Positions 47,401 through 56,315 of a stretch of DNA of 64,000 nt are shown here, in pieces. Numbering within the stretch: the first letter of the stretch is position 1; every line of letters begins with the position of its first letter. Under the pieces are notes generated by a model. It did no database searches. It saw only the letters and a program-made list of their open reading frames with translations, and was not told where the DNA came from. This DNA comes from a bacterium. GTDB lineage: Bacteria; Hinthialibacterota; Hinthialibacteria; Hinthialibacterales; Hinthialibacteraceae. The stretch covers positions 1 through 64,000 of the forward strand of contig CAXXMV010000001.1 of the NCBI GenBank assembly GCA_963662285.2, in the 5' to 3' direction. Made by a program: the position numbers and the translations under genes.

Positions 47401-49981
47401 CGCGTCCGGAGATTTTGATGGTGATGGCCTTATGGAGCGCCCCATAATCGCTAATTTAGAATCCGCTCCTGAGGAAAGATTCAATGACAGCGTGGATGTG
47501 ATGATAGATGGATTAATTATTGGCGATGATGGAGAATTCAATGGTGATGCTATTGAAGTTCCATTTATAACTATTCCTCCTGGAGAAGCAGAGGAAAAAG
47601 GTTCATTTAACTTTAAATTTATAATTGATAAAGATTCAAGCGGACCTCTTAACGATCAAATAATCGAAGCGCTTACCAGTTTGGGTTATACCAGTGGAGA
47701 TAAAGACGAATCCGGCATGCCATTGGTAGTTAACGGCCAGGTTGATATGGAGCAGTTGCGTAAGGCGCTTGATCCTATTCCTGATGCAGACAAGGTGTTT
47801 GAAGATATCAAACAACAAATTGATGAGTCGCAAAAGATGTTGGCGTTGATGACGCCCGCCAAGCCGGATAAAAAATCGGTGCGGGTGCGGCGTTATTTCC
47901 CTGAGACGCTATACTACACGCCTGAAGCGATTACTGATAACGATGGTCTGCTGGCATTGAACCTGCCTATGGCCGATTCGATAACCACCTGGCGCATGTC
48001 GGCTATGGCTAATGCTAAGAACGGTTCGTTGGGCGACGCTACGTCGGCGCTGCAAGTGTTCAAGCCCTTCTTCGTCGATCTCGATTTGCCAGTGGCGTTG
48101 ATTAAAAATGATGAAGTGACTATCCCGGTGGCGGTTTATAATTATCTGGCTGAGCCGCAGGAAGTGCGCATCCAGTTAGAGCGTTCGCCCTGGTTTGAAC
48201 TGCTGGAAGATGATTTCGAGCGCACGGTTAGTATCGCCGCCAATGAAGTTACCTCAGTCTCTTACCGCATCCGCGCTAACGAGCTGGGCGATCAACCGAT
48301 CACAGTCTACGCCTGGGGATCGAAAGACAGCGACGCCATCGGACGTTCTATCGATGTGCGCCCTAACGGCGAAGCGCAATTTATCACCCGCAATGGTCGG
48401 TTATCCGATGATGTCAGCCAGACCATCGCTTTCCCCGAAGGCCGGGTGGATGGAGCGGATAAGCTGTTGGTTAAGATTTATCCCGGATATTTCAGTCAGG
48501 TAGTGGAAGGGCTAGACGCCATCCTCAAGATGCCCTATGGCTGCTTCGAGCAGACCAGTTCGACTACCTATCCCAACATCATGGCTCTGGATTATATGAA
48601 GAGCACTGGTCGGGTGACGCCCGCCGTTGAGATGAAAGCGCGTGAATACATCAACCTGGGCTACCAGCGTTTGTTGACCTTCGAGATAGAGGGCGGCGGC
48701 TTTCAGGTCTTCGGCAGCCCTCCGGCCACACGCATCCTGTCGGCTTATGGTTTGATGGAATTTTATGACATGAGCAAGGTGCATCCAGTCGACGCTAACA
48801 TTATCCCGCGTACGCAACAATGGCTACTGGGTCAAATGAATGAGGACGGAACCTGGGAACCGGACAAGAACTACTCACACGCCGAAATGTGGAAATCAAT
48901 TCAGGATAACAAGATTCTTTCAACCGCCTACATCGCCATGGCATTGGCGCAAACCGGAGCTTCCGACCGACTGGATGTGAGCAAGAACTATTTGATCAAC
49001 AACGCTGATGAAGCCAAAGACGCCTACACTCTGGGCATTCTATGCAACGCGCTTTTGGCCATCGATAAGAAAGACCCGACCGCCCGGAAATGCGTACAGC
49101 GGCTGGTTGATATGAGCATTGTTGAACAGGATAAGATGTATTGGAAATCGGAAGCGAGCATGAGTTTTGCGCGGGGTAATCACGCCTCGGTCGAAACCAC
49201 CGCCTGGGCGTTACTGGCCCTGCTCGAAGACGGGCGTTTCCACAGCGAAATCGGCAAAGCGCTCAACTGGCTGATAGATCAGAAAGACCCCAATGGAACA
49301 TGGGGCACCACTCATGGAACGGTGCTGGCTCTCAAAGCGCTGATACGTTCCGTCGGTCAGCAGACTGAGTTGGCTGACGCGACTATCATTGTCAGCGTCA
49401 ATGGAAAAAATGCCGCGAAATTACAGGTCACGCCGGAAAACAGCGACGTCTTCCGTCAATTCGATCTTACTGAATTCGCTACGGCAGATTCAAACCTGGT
49501 GGAGATTGAACTGGAAGGCGAAGGCTCGCTGCTTTATCAGGTGGTGGGTAAGTATTATTTGCCCTGGAAAGAAAAGCAGCGCGAACGGATTGCTGCACAG
49601 CCCTTTGATATCAAGGTGGAGTATGACCGATCTGAGCTGCGCCGTAATGATACAGTAACCTGCAAGATCACTGGAGCGAACCAGCGTCCCTTCCGGGTGG
49701 AGATGGTGATGATCGATATTGGAATCCCGCCGGGCTTCCGCGTCGAGAAACCGTCATTGGATGAGTACGTTGAAGAAGGCGCCATCGCCAAATACACTCT
49801 GACGCCGAGACAGCTGTTGATCTATATTGAATCAATGGATGGCGGCGCCAAGGTTGAGTTGGACGTTCCCATGAAAGCCACGCTGCCCATGATGGCCAAG
49901 GCGCCCGAATCGACTATCTATGAATACTACACGCCTGAAGAGAAGAAGGTCTCGCCGCCGCAGGAGTTGAAAGTGCAATAG
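44408..49981 (+). CDS. bacterial alpha-2-macroglobulin with thioester motif
   Basis: TDKPVYQPG (MG2), YVLPKF, VDES, VRRYFPET, DSITTW, PYGCFEQT (CxEQ thioester), YEYY. Confidence 0.93.
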   Translation: MKTKLVLISIFILFQTLVQAEVKLDKEAMKFERTENSLSVYLPLQSDQDKPVFGDMTVTLLDSAYNSLAQTSKKTMLMNGGHIETVALPISVNTPKIEDCFIRVDFMGHIWLKGFTKQNTGHEIHLIGQNRWIAGSRGSLRVITTSSGNDEPVADASIQLLIKQSDGKTAIEVNDKTDQSGTAALGFDIPKTLLGDSTLILTVKSPLGSNTVTSKVQFVPGTRVFLTTDKPVYQPGQVMHIRALAAHKVSGEPLAEHEVLLEVFDGKGNKVFKKQPVTSEFGIVSADFQLADEVNQGEYRIVASLNNETTEKTVQVYEYVLPKFRVDVKTKEKYYAPGDEVSGSITSRYFFGKPTAGAKVTITANCFDVGFNAFAEVTVVTDEAGKAEYSFTIPDKLVGQPQFKGSTIVQMDVRVRDTADHEEQKMHTFHVSVDPLQIEAIPESGRLVPGVENEVFLSASYPDGSVAAPELTIKSSYLSETVTVQCDKNGIASIRFTPPVVDKKDLVTMVQNVAQPAVDASVLHISTEMNGKTINIVKNLDIGATIENLLLRVDRGVYSVGDALEISALSSSAPGETVFLDIIKNQQTVLTKTMQLKDGRSALTLPLDNQLTGSLTLNAYIIGSGGTMLRDVRQVIVLRSDDLKIDIRPDQKQYEPGQPAKLLIAVTNQQGEPVRAALGMNIVDESVYSLSEKEPGLAKVFFAIERELMQPKVEIHGYQLDKVVRLSANQYKDNAQLSKALLAKLDNFSEYAINIDTAKKRDQQADNDIRQIHGQLRFKMLPLLSQPMDVAEVLLLHDMQRGSLPTIDPWGRAYQLVPDKDKTQYRIFTKKKPNRDQDSETYFTNLFIVSKGRDGLLGTDDDKRTSTYSRPVIISVTDALFDDSGQMQGYASSIRDALFIKSKGGPLSNATKEELKHIKLGGFADTSYTYAFEDNKHNSFIADRSIMRGDPSFKTVGIDFMKFGAAENRRGGGVRGGVANGVGGYGMGMMGGMGMMGDASGDFDGDGLMERPIIANLESAPEERFNDSVDVMIDGLIIGDDGEFNGDAIEVPFITIPPGEAEEKGSFNFKFIIDKDSSGPLNDQIIEALTSLGYTSGDKDESGMPLVVNGQVDMEQLRKALDPIPDADKVFEDIKQQIDESQKMLALMTPAKPDKKSVRVRRYFPETLYYTPEAITDNDGLLALNLPMADSITTWRMSAMANAKNGSLGDATSALQVFKPFFVDLDLPVALIKNDEVTIPVAVYNYLAEPQEVRIQLERSPWFELLEDDFERTVSIAANEVTSVSYRIRANELGDQPITVYAWGSKDSDAIGRSIDVRPNGEAQFITRNGRLSDDVSQTIAFPEGRVDGADKLLVKIYPGYFSQVVEGLDAILKMPYGCFEQTSSTTYPNIMALDYMKSTGRVTPAVEMKAREYINLGYQRLLTFEIEGGGFQVFGSPPATRILSAYGLMEFYDMSKVHPVDANIIPRTQQWLLGQMNEDGTWEPDKNYSHAEMWKSIQDNKILSTAYIAMALAQTGASDRLDVSKNYLINNADEAKDAYTLGILCNALLAIDKKDPTARKCVQRLVDMSIVEQDKMYWKSEASMSFARGNHASVETTAWALLALLEDGRFHSEIGKALNWLIDQKDPNGTWGTTHGTVLALKALIRSVGQQTELADATIIVSVNGKNAAKLQVTPENSDVFRQFDLTEFATADSNLVEIELEGEGSLLYQVVGKYYLPWKEKQRERIAAQPFDIKVEYDRSELRRNDTVTCKITGANQRPFRVEMVMIDIGIPPGFRVEKPSLDEYVEEGAIAKYTLTPRQLLIYIESMDGGAKVELDVPMKATLPMMAKAPESTIYEYYTPEEKKVSPPQELKVQ

Positions 49982-50006
49982 AGATAAAGATACATTAATT
50001 TAATGC

Positions 50007-50046
50007 AACCGCCCGTTGAGAGTGATCTCAGCGGGCGGTTTTGTTT
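50007..50046 (+). terminator. rho-independent terminator
   Basis: aaccgcccgttgaga-gtga-tctcagcgggcggtt followed by ttgttt. Confidence 0.8.
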
Positions 50047-50198
50047 GCAAACTGAATTAACATTTATTCAAATACATTACGCCGCTTTTTAAGTGTATAA
50101 TTCAGACACTGCGCTTTATCTGCAGCGCTTAGTTATGAGAAGATAATTAGAAAATCAAGATAGTGTTTTTGATTTTGTTTTTTCCTGGAGTATTATGC

Positions 50199-50798
50199 AT
50201 GTTTTTTAATAATCAAAATAAATCTTTTACTCTGATCGAACTGTTGATTGTGGTCGCCATTATTGGAATATTGGCGGCTATTGCCGTACCCAATTTTCTC
50301 AACGCGCAGATTCGCGCCAAGGTGGCGCGCACCATGTCGGATATTCGTTCATTAGCGACGGCTCTGGAAATGTACAACACCGATAAGGGAACCTATCCAC
50401 CCGGCCGAGCCACCTGGGCTATTTTCGGACTGGATAAGTTAACCTCTCCCGTGGCGTATATGTCATCTATCCCGATTGATCCATTTGCGCCTGCGGAGAG
50501 CAGCGCGATCCGTAGTTTGGGAGGATATGGCTGGTTTCCCGAGGTTCTGCCTTACTATGTTTATTTATGGGAAAAGAATCCTGCTGATTCGTTGAACAGC
50601 GCTATCAGCCGCGACTATCTTTTCCGCAAGGGCGTTATGAAAGACCCGACCGGGTCGCCTCCTCAAATATTCCATTATTTCCAGATACGGGCTATGGGAC
50701 CCAACGGCCAGGGGGATTATTCAATGGCCTATGATGCATCAAACGGCATTATGAGCGCTGGTGATATATCGTATCATGGACCCGGAGCGGGATTTTGA
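50199..50798 (+). CDS. prepilin-type N-terminal cleavage/methylation protein (pilin/GspG-like)
   Basis: SFTLIELLIVVAIIGILAAIAVPNF; LTSPVAY..IP.DPF; GPNG; YDASNG..S.GDI. Confidence 0.88.
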   Translation: MFFNNQNKSFTLIELLIVVAIIGILAAIAVPNFLNAQIRAKVARTMSDIRSLATALEMYNTDKGTYPPGRATWAIFGLDKLTSPVAYMSSIPIDPFAPAESSAIRSLGGYGWFPEVLPYYVYLWEKNPADSLNSAISRDYLFRKGVMKDPTGSPPQIFHYFQIRAMGPNGQGDYSMAYDASNGIMSAGDISYHGPGAGF

Positions 50799-50946
50799 GC
50801 GTATTGGGTGGTTCTCAAAACCAAGCGCCCCAATACGGTTGTTAACCGCTCTATAATAAAACCTCTCCATACCTATGAATTATTCAGGCGCTGAGTAAAA
50901 ATATCATCAAAACAATATCAGATTAATTTATTAGATATGGAGATAT

Positions 50947-53397
50947 GTGATGTTCAAAAAACATTCTATTTTATTATGCTTTAGAAATATTTGTTTGGGA
51001 TTGACGATTATCGTTATCGCCTCACAGGCTTATGCTGCTGAAGCATCCAAACCAAAGAGTAAAATGGATTATCCCGTCCAGCCCGCGCCGTTTACTGCGG
51101 TTCATTTTGATGACCAATTCTGGAAACCGCGCATCGAAACCAACCGAACCATTACCATTCCTTTTGCTCTTGAAAAATGCGAGACCCATGGCCGTATGGA
51201 TAACTTTTCTATCGCTGGAGGATTGATGGAAGGAGAACACAAAGGCGATTTCCCTTTCGACGATACTGATCCATACAAAATCATGGAAGGCGCCTCTTAT
51301 GTGCTATCCATTAAAGATGATAAAAAACTGGAAGCCTACCTGGACGAGATTATCGCCAAGATCGCCAGCGCCCAGGAAGATGACGGATATCTCTATACTT
51401 GCCGCACCAATGGTTATGAAAAACTGAATGGCTGGATGGGGGATGAACGTTGGACGAACTTACAAGGAAGCCATGAACTATATAACGCCGGGCACATGTA
51501 TGAAGCGGCGGTTGCGCATTATACGGCGACCGGCAAGCGCTCGTTCCTGGATATCGCCATCAAGAACGCCAATCTGATATACCAGACATTCGGCCCGGAT
51601 AAAATTCAAATGCCCCCCGGTCATCAGATCATCGAAATGGGCTTGGCGCGTCTTTACCGCGCTACCGGAGACGAGCGTTATCTTGAATTAGCCAAATTCT
51701 TTCTGGATATGCGCGGAGTGGCCAGCAAAGACCGTGAGATATGGGGGCCTTACAACCAGGATCACCTTCCAGTAATCGAGCAGGATGAAGCGGTGGGACA
51801 TGCGGTGCGGGCGACTTACATGTATGCCGGCATGGCCGATATCGCGGCGCTTACAGGAGACAAGGCTTATATCAAAGCAATTGACCGGCTGTGGGATAAT
51901 GTGGTTTATAAAAAACTCTATCTAACCGGAGGCGTGGGCGCCAAGAGTGATGGCGAGGCGTTTGGGCAGAACTATGAACTGCCCAACATGAGCGCTTATT
52001 GCGAAACATGCGCCGCGATTGGCAATGTTTATTGGAACCATCGCTTGTTCCTGTTGCACGCGGACGCCAAGTATATCGATGTGATGGAGCGCACCTTGTA
52101 TAATGCGCTTATCTCAGGAGTTTCGCTGGATGGCAAGAAATTCTTCTATCCCAATCCACTGGAGTCGCATGGGCAACATGAACGAAGCCCCTGGTTTGGC
52201 TGCGCCTGCTGTCCTGGTAATATTACCCGCTTCATGGCATCGATCCCCGGTTATATGTACGCCGTGCAAGATGACAGTCTGTTCGTCAATTTGTATGCTG
52301 AGAGTCATGCGGATATCCAATTAGATAAACAAACAGTTAAAATCGAACAGAAGACTGATTACCCCTGGGATGGAAAAATGACGCTAAGCGTTCAACCAGA
52401 AAAGGCTGGTGAGTTTTCCATCAAGTTACGCATCCCCGGCTGGGCGCAAAACCAACCTGTTCCGAGCGACCTCTATACTTTCTTGAATAAAAATGATGAA
52501 AAATTCACCCTTAAAGTAAACAACAAAGTGATGCAATCTGAGGTTAAAAATGGTTATGTCACTATTCAGCGGCGATGGGAAAAAGGCGATGCTATCGAGT
52601 TGAATCTGCCTATGCCGATTAGGCGCGTCATCGCCCATAAAAATGTTGAGAGCGATACCGGAAGAGTGGCGCTGCAACGCGGGCCAATGGTTTATTGCGC
52701 CGAATGGCCCGATAATCCAGACGGTCATGTTATAAATTTACAGTTATTAGATGGCACTGCGCTGCATACAAAATCCCGACCAGAACTGTTTGATGGCGTA
52801 CAAGTTATTTGCGGAAAAAGTTTGGCTTATCAATATGGCAAGGACAAAAAAGTGATTAAGTCTCCAGAACAGGAATTTACCGCCATTCCATATTACGCCT
52901 GGGCGCATAGAGGCAAGGGAGAAATGGCGGTCTGGTTGGCCAGAGAAGAGACTGCGGTTAGACCATTGGCCGGCCCTACCATTGCATCTAAAAGCAAGGT
53001 GACAACCTCCGGCGGGAAAACGCCTCACGCCATGAATGATCAACGCGATCCCCGGACTTCAGGCGATCACAGCGTCGAGTTTTTTCATTGGTGGCCTAAA
53101 AAGGGAACAACTGAATGGGTGCAATACGATTTTGACGCTGCACAGGAAGTATCAACCGTGGAGGTCTATTGGTTTGATGATACGGGACGTGGGGAATGCC
53201 GGGTTCCAGAATCATGGCGCATCCTATACCTTTCCGGCGACCAATGGAAACCTGTATGGACGAAAGAACTATTAACTGTAGACAAAGACAAGTTTAATAA
53301 AGTTGTCTTTGAAACCGTGAAAACAAAATCCTTGCGTTTGGAAGTAAAACTGCAAGATAAGTTTTCCGCAGGCATTCATGAATGGCGCGTGAAATAA
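50947..53397 (+). CDS. glycoside hydrolase family 127 (beta-L-arabinofuranosidase-like) with a C-terminal F5/8-like domain
   Basis: HELYNAGH, GHAVRA, YCETCAA, FFYPNPL, CACCPGN, RIPGW, AIPYYAW. Confidence 0.92.
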   Translation: MMFKKHSILLCFRNICLGLTIIVIASQAYAAEASKPKSKMDYPVQPAPFTAVHFDDQFWKPRIETNRTITIPFALEKCETHGRMDNFSIAGGLMEGEHKGDFPFDDTDPYKIMEGASYVLSIKDDKKLEAYLDEIIAKIASAQEDDGYLYTCRTNGYEKLNGWMGDERWTNLQGSHELYNAGHMYEAAVAHYTATGKRSFLDIAIKNANLIYQTFGPDKIQMPPGHQIIEMGLARLYRATGDERYLELAKFFLDMRGVASKDREIWGPYNQDHLPVIEQDEAVGHAVRATYMYAGMADIAALTGDKAYIKAIDRLWDNVVYKKLYLTGGVGAKSDGEAFGQNYELPNMSAYCETCAAIGNVYWNHRLFLLHADAKYIDVMERTLYNALISGVSLDGKKFFYPNPLESHGQHERSPWFGCACCPGNITRFMASIPGYMYAVQDDSLFVNLYAESHADIQLDKQTVKIEQKTDYPWDGKMTLSVQPEKAGEFSIKLRIPGWAQNQPVPSDLYTFLNKNDEKFTLKVNNKVMQSEVKNGYVTIQRRWEKGDAIELNLPMPIRRVIAHKNVESDTGRVALQRGPMVYCAEWPDNPDGHVINLQLLDGTALHTKSRPELFDGVQVICGKSLAYQYGKDKKVIKSPEQEFTAIPYYAWAHRGKGEMAVWLAREETAVRPLAGPTIASKSKVTTSGGKTPHAMNDQRDPRTSGDHSVEFFHWWPKKGTTEWVQYDFDAAQEVSTVEVYWFDDTGRGECRVPESWRILYLSGDQWKPVWTKELLTVDKDKFNKVVFETVKTKSLRLEVKLQDKFSAGIHEWRVK

Positions 53398-53420
53398 ATC
53401 GACAAAAGTGGAGTATAAAA

Positions 53421-55055
53421 ATGCAAACTACCCGACGAAATTTCTTAAGAACAACCGCTGGCGCTGTAGGATTAGCATCCATACCGGGCTTGGCCTGTCA
53501 ATCAGCCCAAGCGGGAAAAACAGATAAACCTAATATTCTGCTTATTATGGCGGATGATATGGGATATGCAGACGCCCAATGTTATGGCGGCGACGTGCGC
53601 ACTCCCAACCTGTCGGCTTTAGCGAATAACGGCGTCCGGTTTACGCAGCATTATTCAACCGGGCGCTGCTGGCCATCAAGAGCCTGCATCTTATCGGGCT
53701 ATTACGCCCAGAACATACGCCGCGACGTTATGCCTGGAATCAAAATGGGGAACCGTCCAGCCTGGGCGCCTTTGCTTCCAGAAATGCTGAAGCCGCACGG
53801 ATACCAGTCGTATCATTCCGGCAAATGGCATATAGATGGAACGCCCAAAGATAGCGGCTTCAAGCGTTCATGGGGCAGCGAAAGAAGCGGCGCCGACTGG
53901 GATCGATTTTTTAATACCCAGGCATGGAAAGAGGATGAGTTCACTGCGCCGACCAAGCCGGGAGAGCAGTATTACTCCACCGTGGCCATCGCCGATCACG
54001 CCATCCAGTGCCTTAAACTACACGAACGGGATTACAGGGATCAACCGTTCTTCCAATACATGGCATTCTATTCACCGCATTTTCCACTTCATGCTTTGCA
54101 GAAGGATATTGATTCTTACCGTGACGCTTATCTTGAAGGATGGGATGTAATAAGAGAGCGGCGCTGGAAACGCATGAAAGAGATGGGCTTGATCAATGCT
54201 CCCCTTTCTGAACGCGAGACGGATGTGGTTCCCAGTTGGAATCTCAAGCCTGATGAATTGAAAGAGCAAATCGGTCCGGGCGAAGCCTCTCATGCGGTTG
54301 CCTGGAATACGCTTACCCAAGAGCAAAAAGAATTTCAAGCCAACAAAATGGCCATCCATGCTGCTATGATTACGCGCATGGATTTGGAGATTGGCCGCGT
54401 GGTCCAGCACCTTAAAGATACTGGCGCCTACGAGAATACGTTGGTTATGTTCATGAGCGACAATGGCGCCAGCGCGGAACAGTTAATCCGGGGCGGCGGA
54501 CATGATCCAAGTGCGCCTATGGGTTCAGCCAAAAGTTATTTATGCTTAGGACCGGGCTGGTCTACCGCCGCCAATACGCCATTCAGATTCCATAAGCACT
54601 GGAACCATGAAGGCGGCATCTCTTCACCCATGATCGCCCATTGGCCCAAGGGAATTTCCGCCAAAGGTGAACTACGTCATAATCCGACTCATTTCATTGA
54701 CATCGTTCCAACAATTATGGAACTGGCGGGAGACGCTGAACCGCATACCAATAAGATTCAAGGCGCCCCTGAGCGACCGGGGATCAGTTTGGTTCCGGCA
54801 TTCGCCAAAGATGGAACGGTCAAACACAAAAGTTTGTGGTGGTGTCATCAAGGCAACCGCGCCATCCGTATGGGAGATTGGAAACTATCAGGCCGCAAAG
54901 GCAAAGACGGCAAGTGGGAACTCTATAATCTCAAAGTGGATCGCAGCGAGACCAACGACCTGGCATCAGTTCATCCAGATAAAGTCGAGACGCTATCCAA
55001 GCAATGGGATAGTATAGCAGAGAGATTTCTTGAGGATTTAAGTTCCACCCGGTAG
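53421..55055 (+). CDS. Tat-exported arylsulfatase
   Basis: TRRNFL signal, PNILLIMADDMG, CWPSRA, GKWH, SDNG, HEGGI. Confidence 0.93.
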   Translation: MQTTRRNFLRTTAGAVGLASIPGLACQSAQAGKTDKPNILLIMADDMGYADAQCYGGDVRTPNLSALANNGVRFTQHYSTGRCWPSRACILSGYYAQNIRRDVMPGIKMGNRPAWAPLLPEMLKPHGYQSYHSGKWHIDGTPKDSGFKRSWGSERSGADWDRFFNTQAWKEDEFTAPTKPGEQYYSTVAIADHAIQCLKLHERDYRDQPFFQYMAFYSPHFPLHALQKDIDSYRDAYLEGWDVIRERRWKRMKEMGLINAPLSERETDVVPSWNLKPDELKEQIGPGEASHAVAWNTLTQEQKEFQANKMAIHAAMITRMDLEIGRVVQHLKDTGAYENTLVMFMSDNGASAEQLIRGGGHDPSAPMGSAKSYLCLGPGWSTAANTPFRFHKHWNHEGGISSPMIAHWPKGISAKGELRHNPTHFIDIVPTIMELAGDAEPHTNKIQGAPERPGISLVPAFAKDGTVKHKSLWWCHQGNRAIRMGDWKLSGRKGKDGKWELYNLKVDRSETNDLASVHPDKVETLSKQWDSIAERFLEDLSSTR

Positions 55056-55144
55056 GGTGTACCGCGCCTATACGACCCACTGGATCAATTATTACCAGTG
55101 GGTCGATGAAGCGCGACTCTACTTGACTGAGAAGGTATAAACAC

Positions 55145-56054
55145 ATGCAAATAAAATTTGGATACTACCCACGACACTGCGATATTCACATAAAAGATAT
55201 CAGCATCGTAGACCTTCCCGATCAAAAACAAATCGTCACTAAAATAGAAAAAAGCCGAACGATTCATAAAGACTGGCTTTACGCCCCCCCCATGTCAGAA
55301 AGAAGATTTCTTTAGTGGCAAAACAAATACATTACCATATAATCATCGTATATTTGGTTTACCAAAAACACACATTTTGACCCACAACAGTGCAGATATC
55401 GTTGATCATTTAGACTTTCTTGTCTGGTGTTTCGGTTTTTTTACTGGAATGCGCCTTACTACGACCGAAGCAGGATTCCTTGACGCCACACCGATCAAAC
55501 CTGGAAAATTAACCGATTTCATACTGTCAAACTGTACTCTATCGGACGCTATTTCCCTATCAGAAACATTTTGGCAAAAACACTATCAAGACAATCGTAA
55601 GGTTAAACGAATAGTGGGAATCATTCACACTTTATTTCTCGCTCAGTATCCCATCAATTTAGAATTTGAGAGGTTCACATATCTATACAACGCGCTTGAC
55701 GCTTGCTTTAAACTGACAAAATCGGTATATGAGGACAAAGGCTCGCCATCATCTCACGCAAAACGGATTCATTGGATGTGTGATATATTCGAGATGGAAA
55801 CACCAGATTGGGCATTACTGAACGCTAATGAGACCGAAATTTCAGTAGTTCGCAATAAAACATTTCATGAGAGTCTTTTCTTCGAGGAACCACTTGGATT
55901 TGCCATTTATGACGACAGCAAGAATGATAATGTGCTACTGGAAATGGAAGCCCTTATCTGTCGACTGATTATTGCGTTGCTTGGCAAACCAAAATGCAAT
56001 TATGTTAAAACTCCAGTCAATACCCGACAGATACATGGATGTGATCTCACCTAA
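55145..56054 (+). pseudogene. HEPN/ApeA-like protein with a +1 frameshift in a C8 tract (55284-55291)
   Basis: MQIKFGYY..DWLYAPP in one frame continues as CQKEDFF..RIFGLPKTH into ORF 55377..56054; FTYLYNALD and RNKTFH (Rx4H) motifs. Confidence 0.6.
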
Positions 56055-56119
56055 TTACCTTTGTATCGTTAGTTTTGTACTCTTCCCTTTCAACAACATA
56101 AACTAATTAACGAGAAGAT

Positions 56120-56315
56120 GGACTGCGCTTTGCTTTTTAGCCCCTACATTTTGAGCCATGACGGGTGGCAAGGGCAAGGCGTAGCCAGCCCTTGCGGTCT
56201 ATCCAATATCGCAGGTAATCGCATCAAAAGCTGACCGCAATACGGTCTTGCCCTTGGCGCCCAGCATACAAGAGGTAGCTTTGGTGGGCTACGCTTCGCT
56301 TTTAGCCCACCCTAC
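56120..56315. repeat. cluster of REP families A and B
   Basis: gcaagggcaaggcgtagccagcccttgc; gctgaccgcaatacggtcttgcccttggcgccc; ggtgggctacgcttcgcttttagcccaccctac. Confidence 0.75.

Noticed and set aside
50199-50798. Ser rather than Gly at the prepilin -1 position as a novelty
   Set aside because: Ala/Ser at -1 occurs commonly in pilin-like proteins of PVC-type bacteria, so it is not distinctive.
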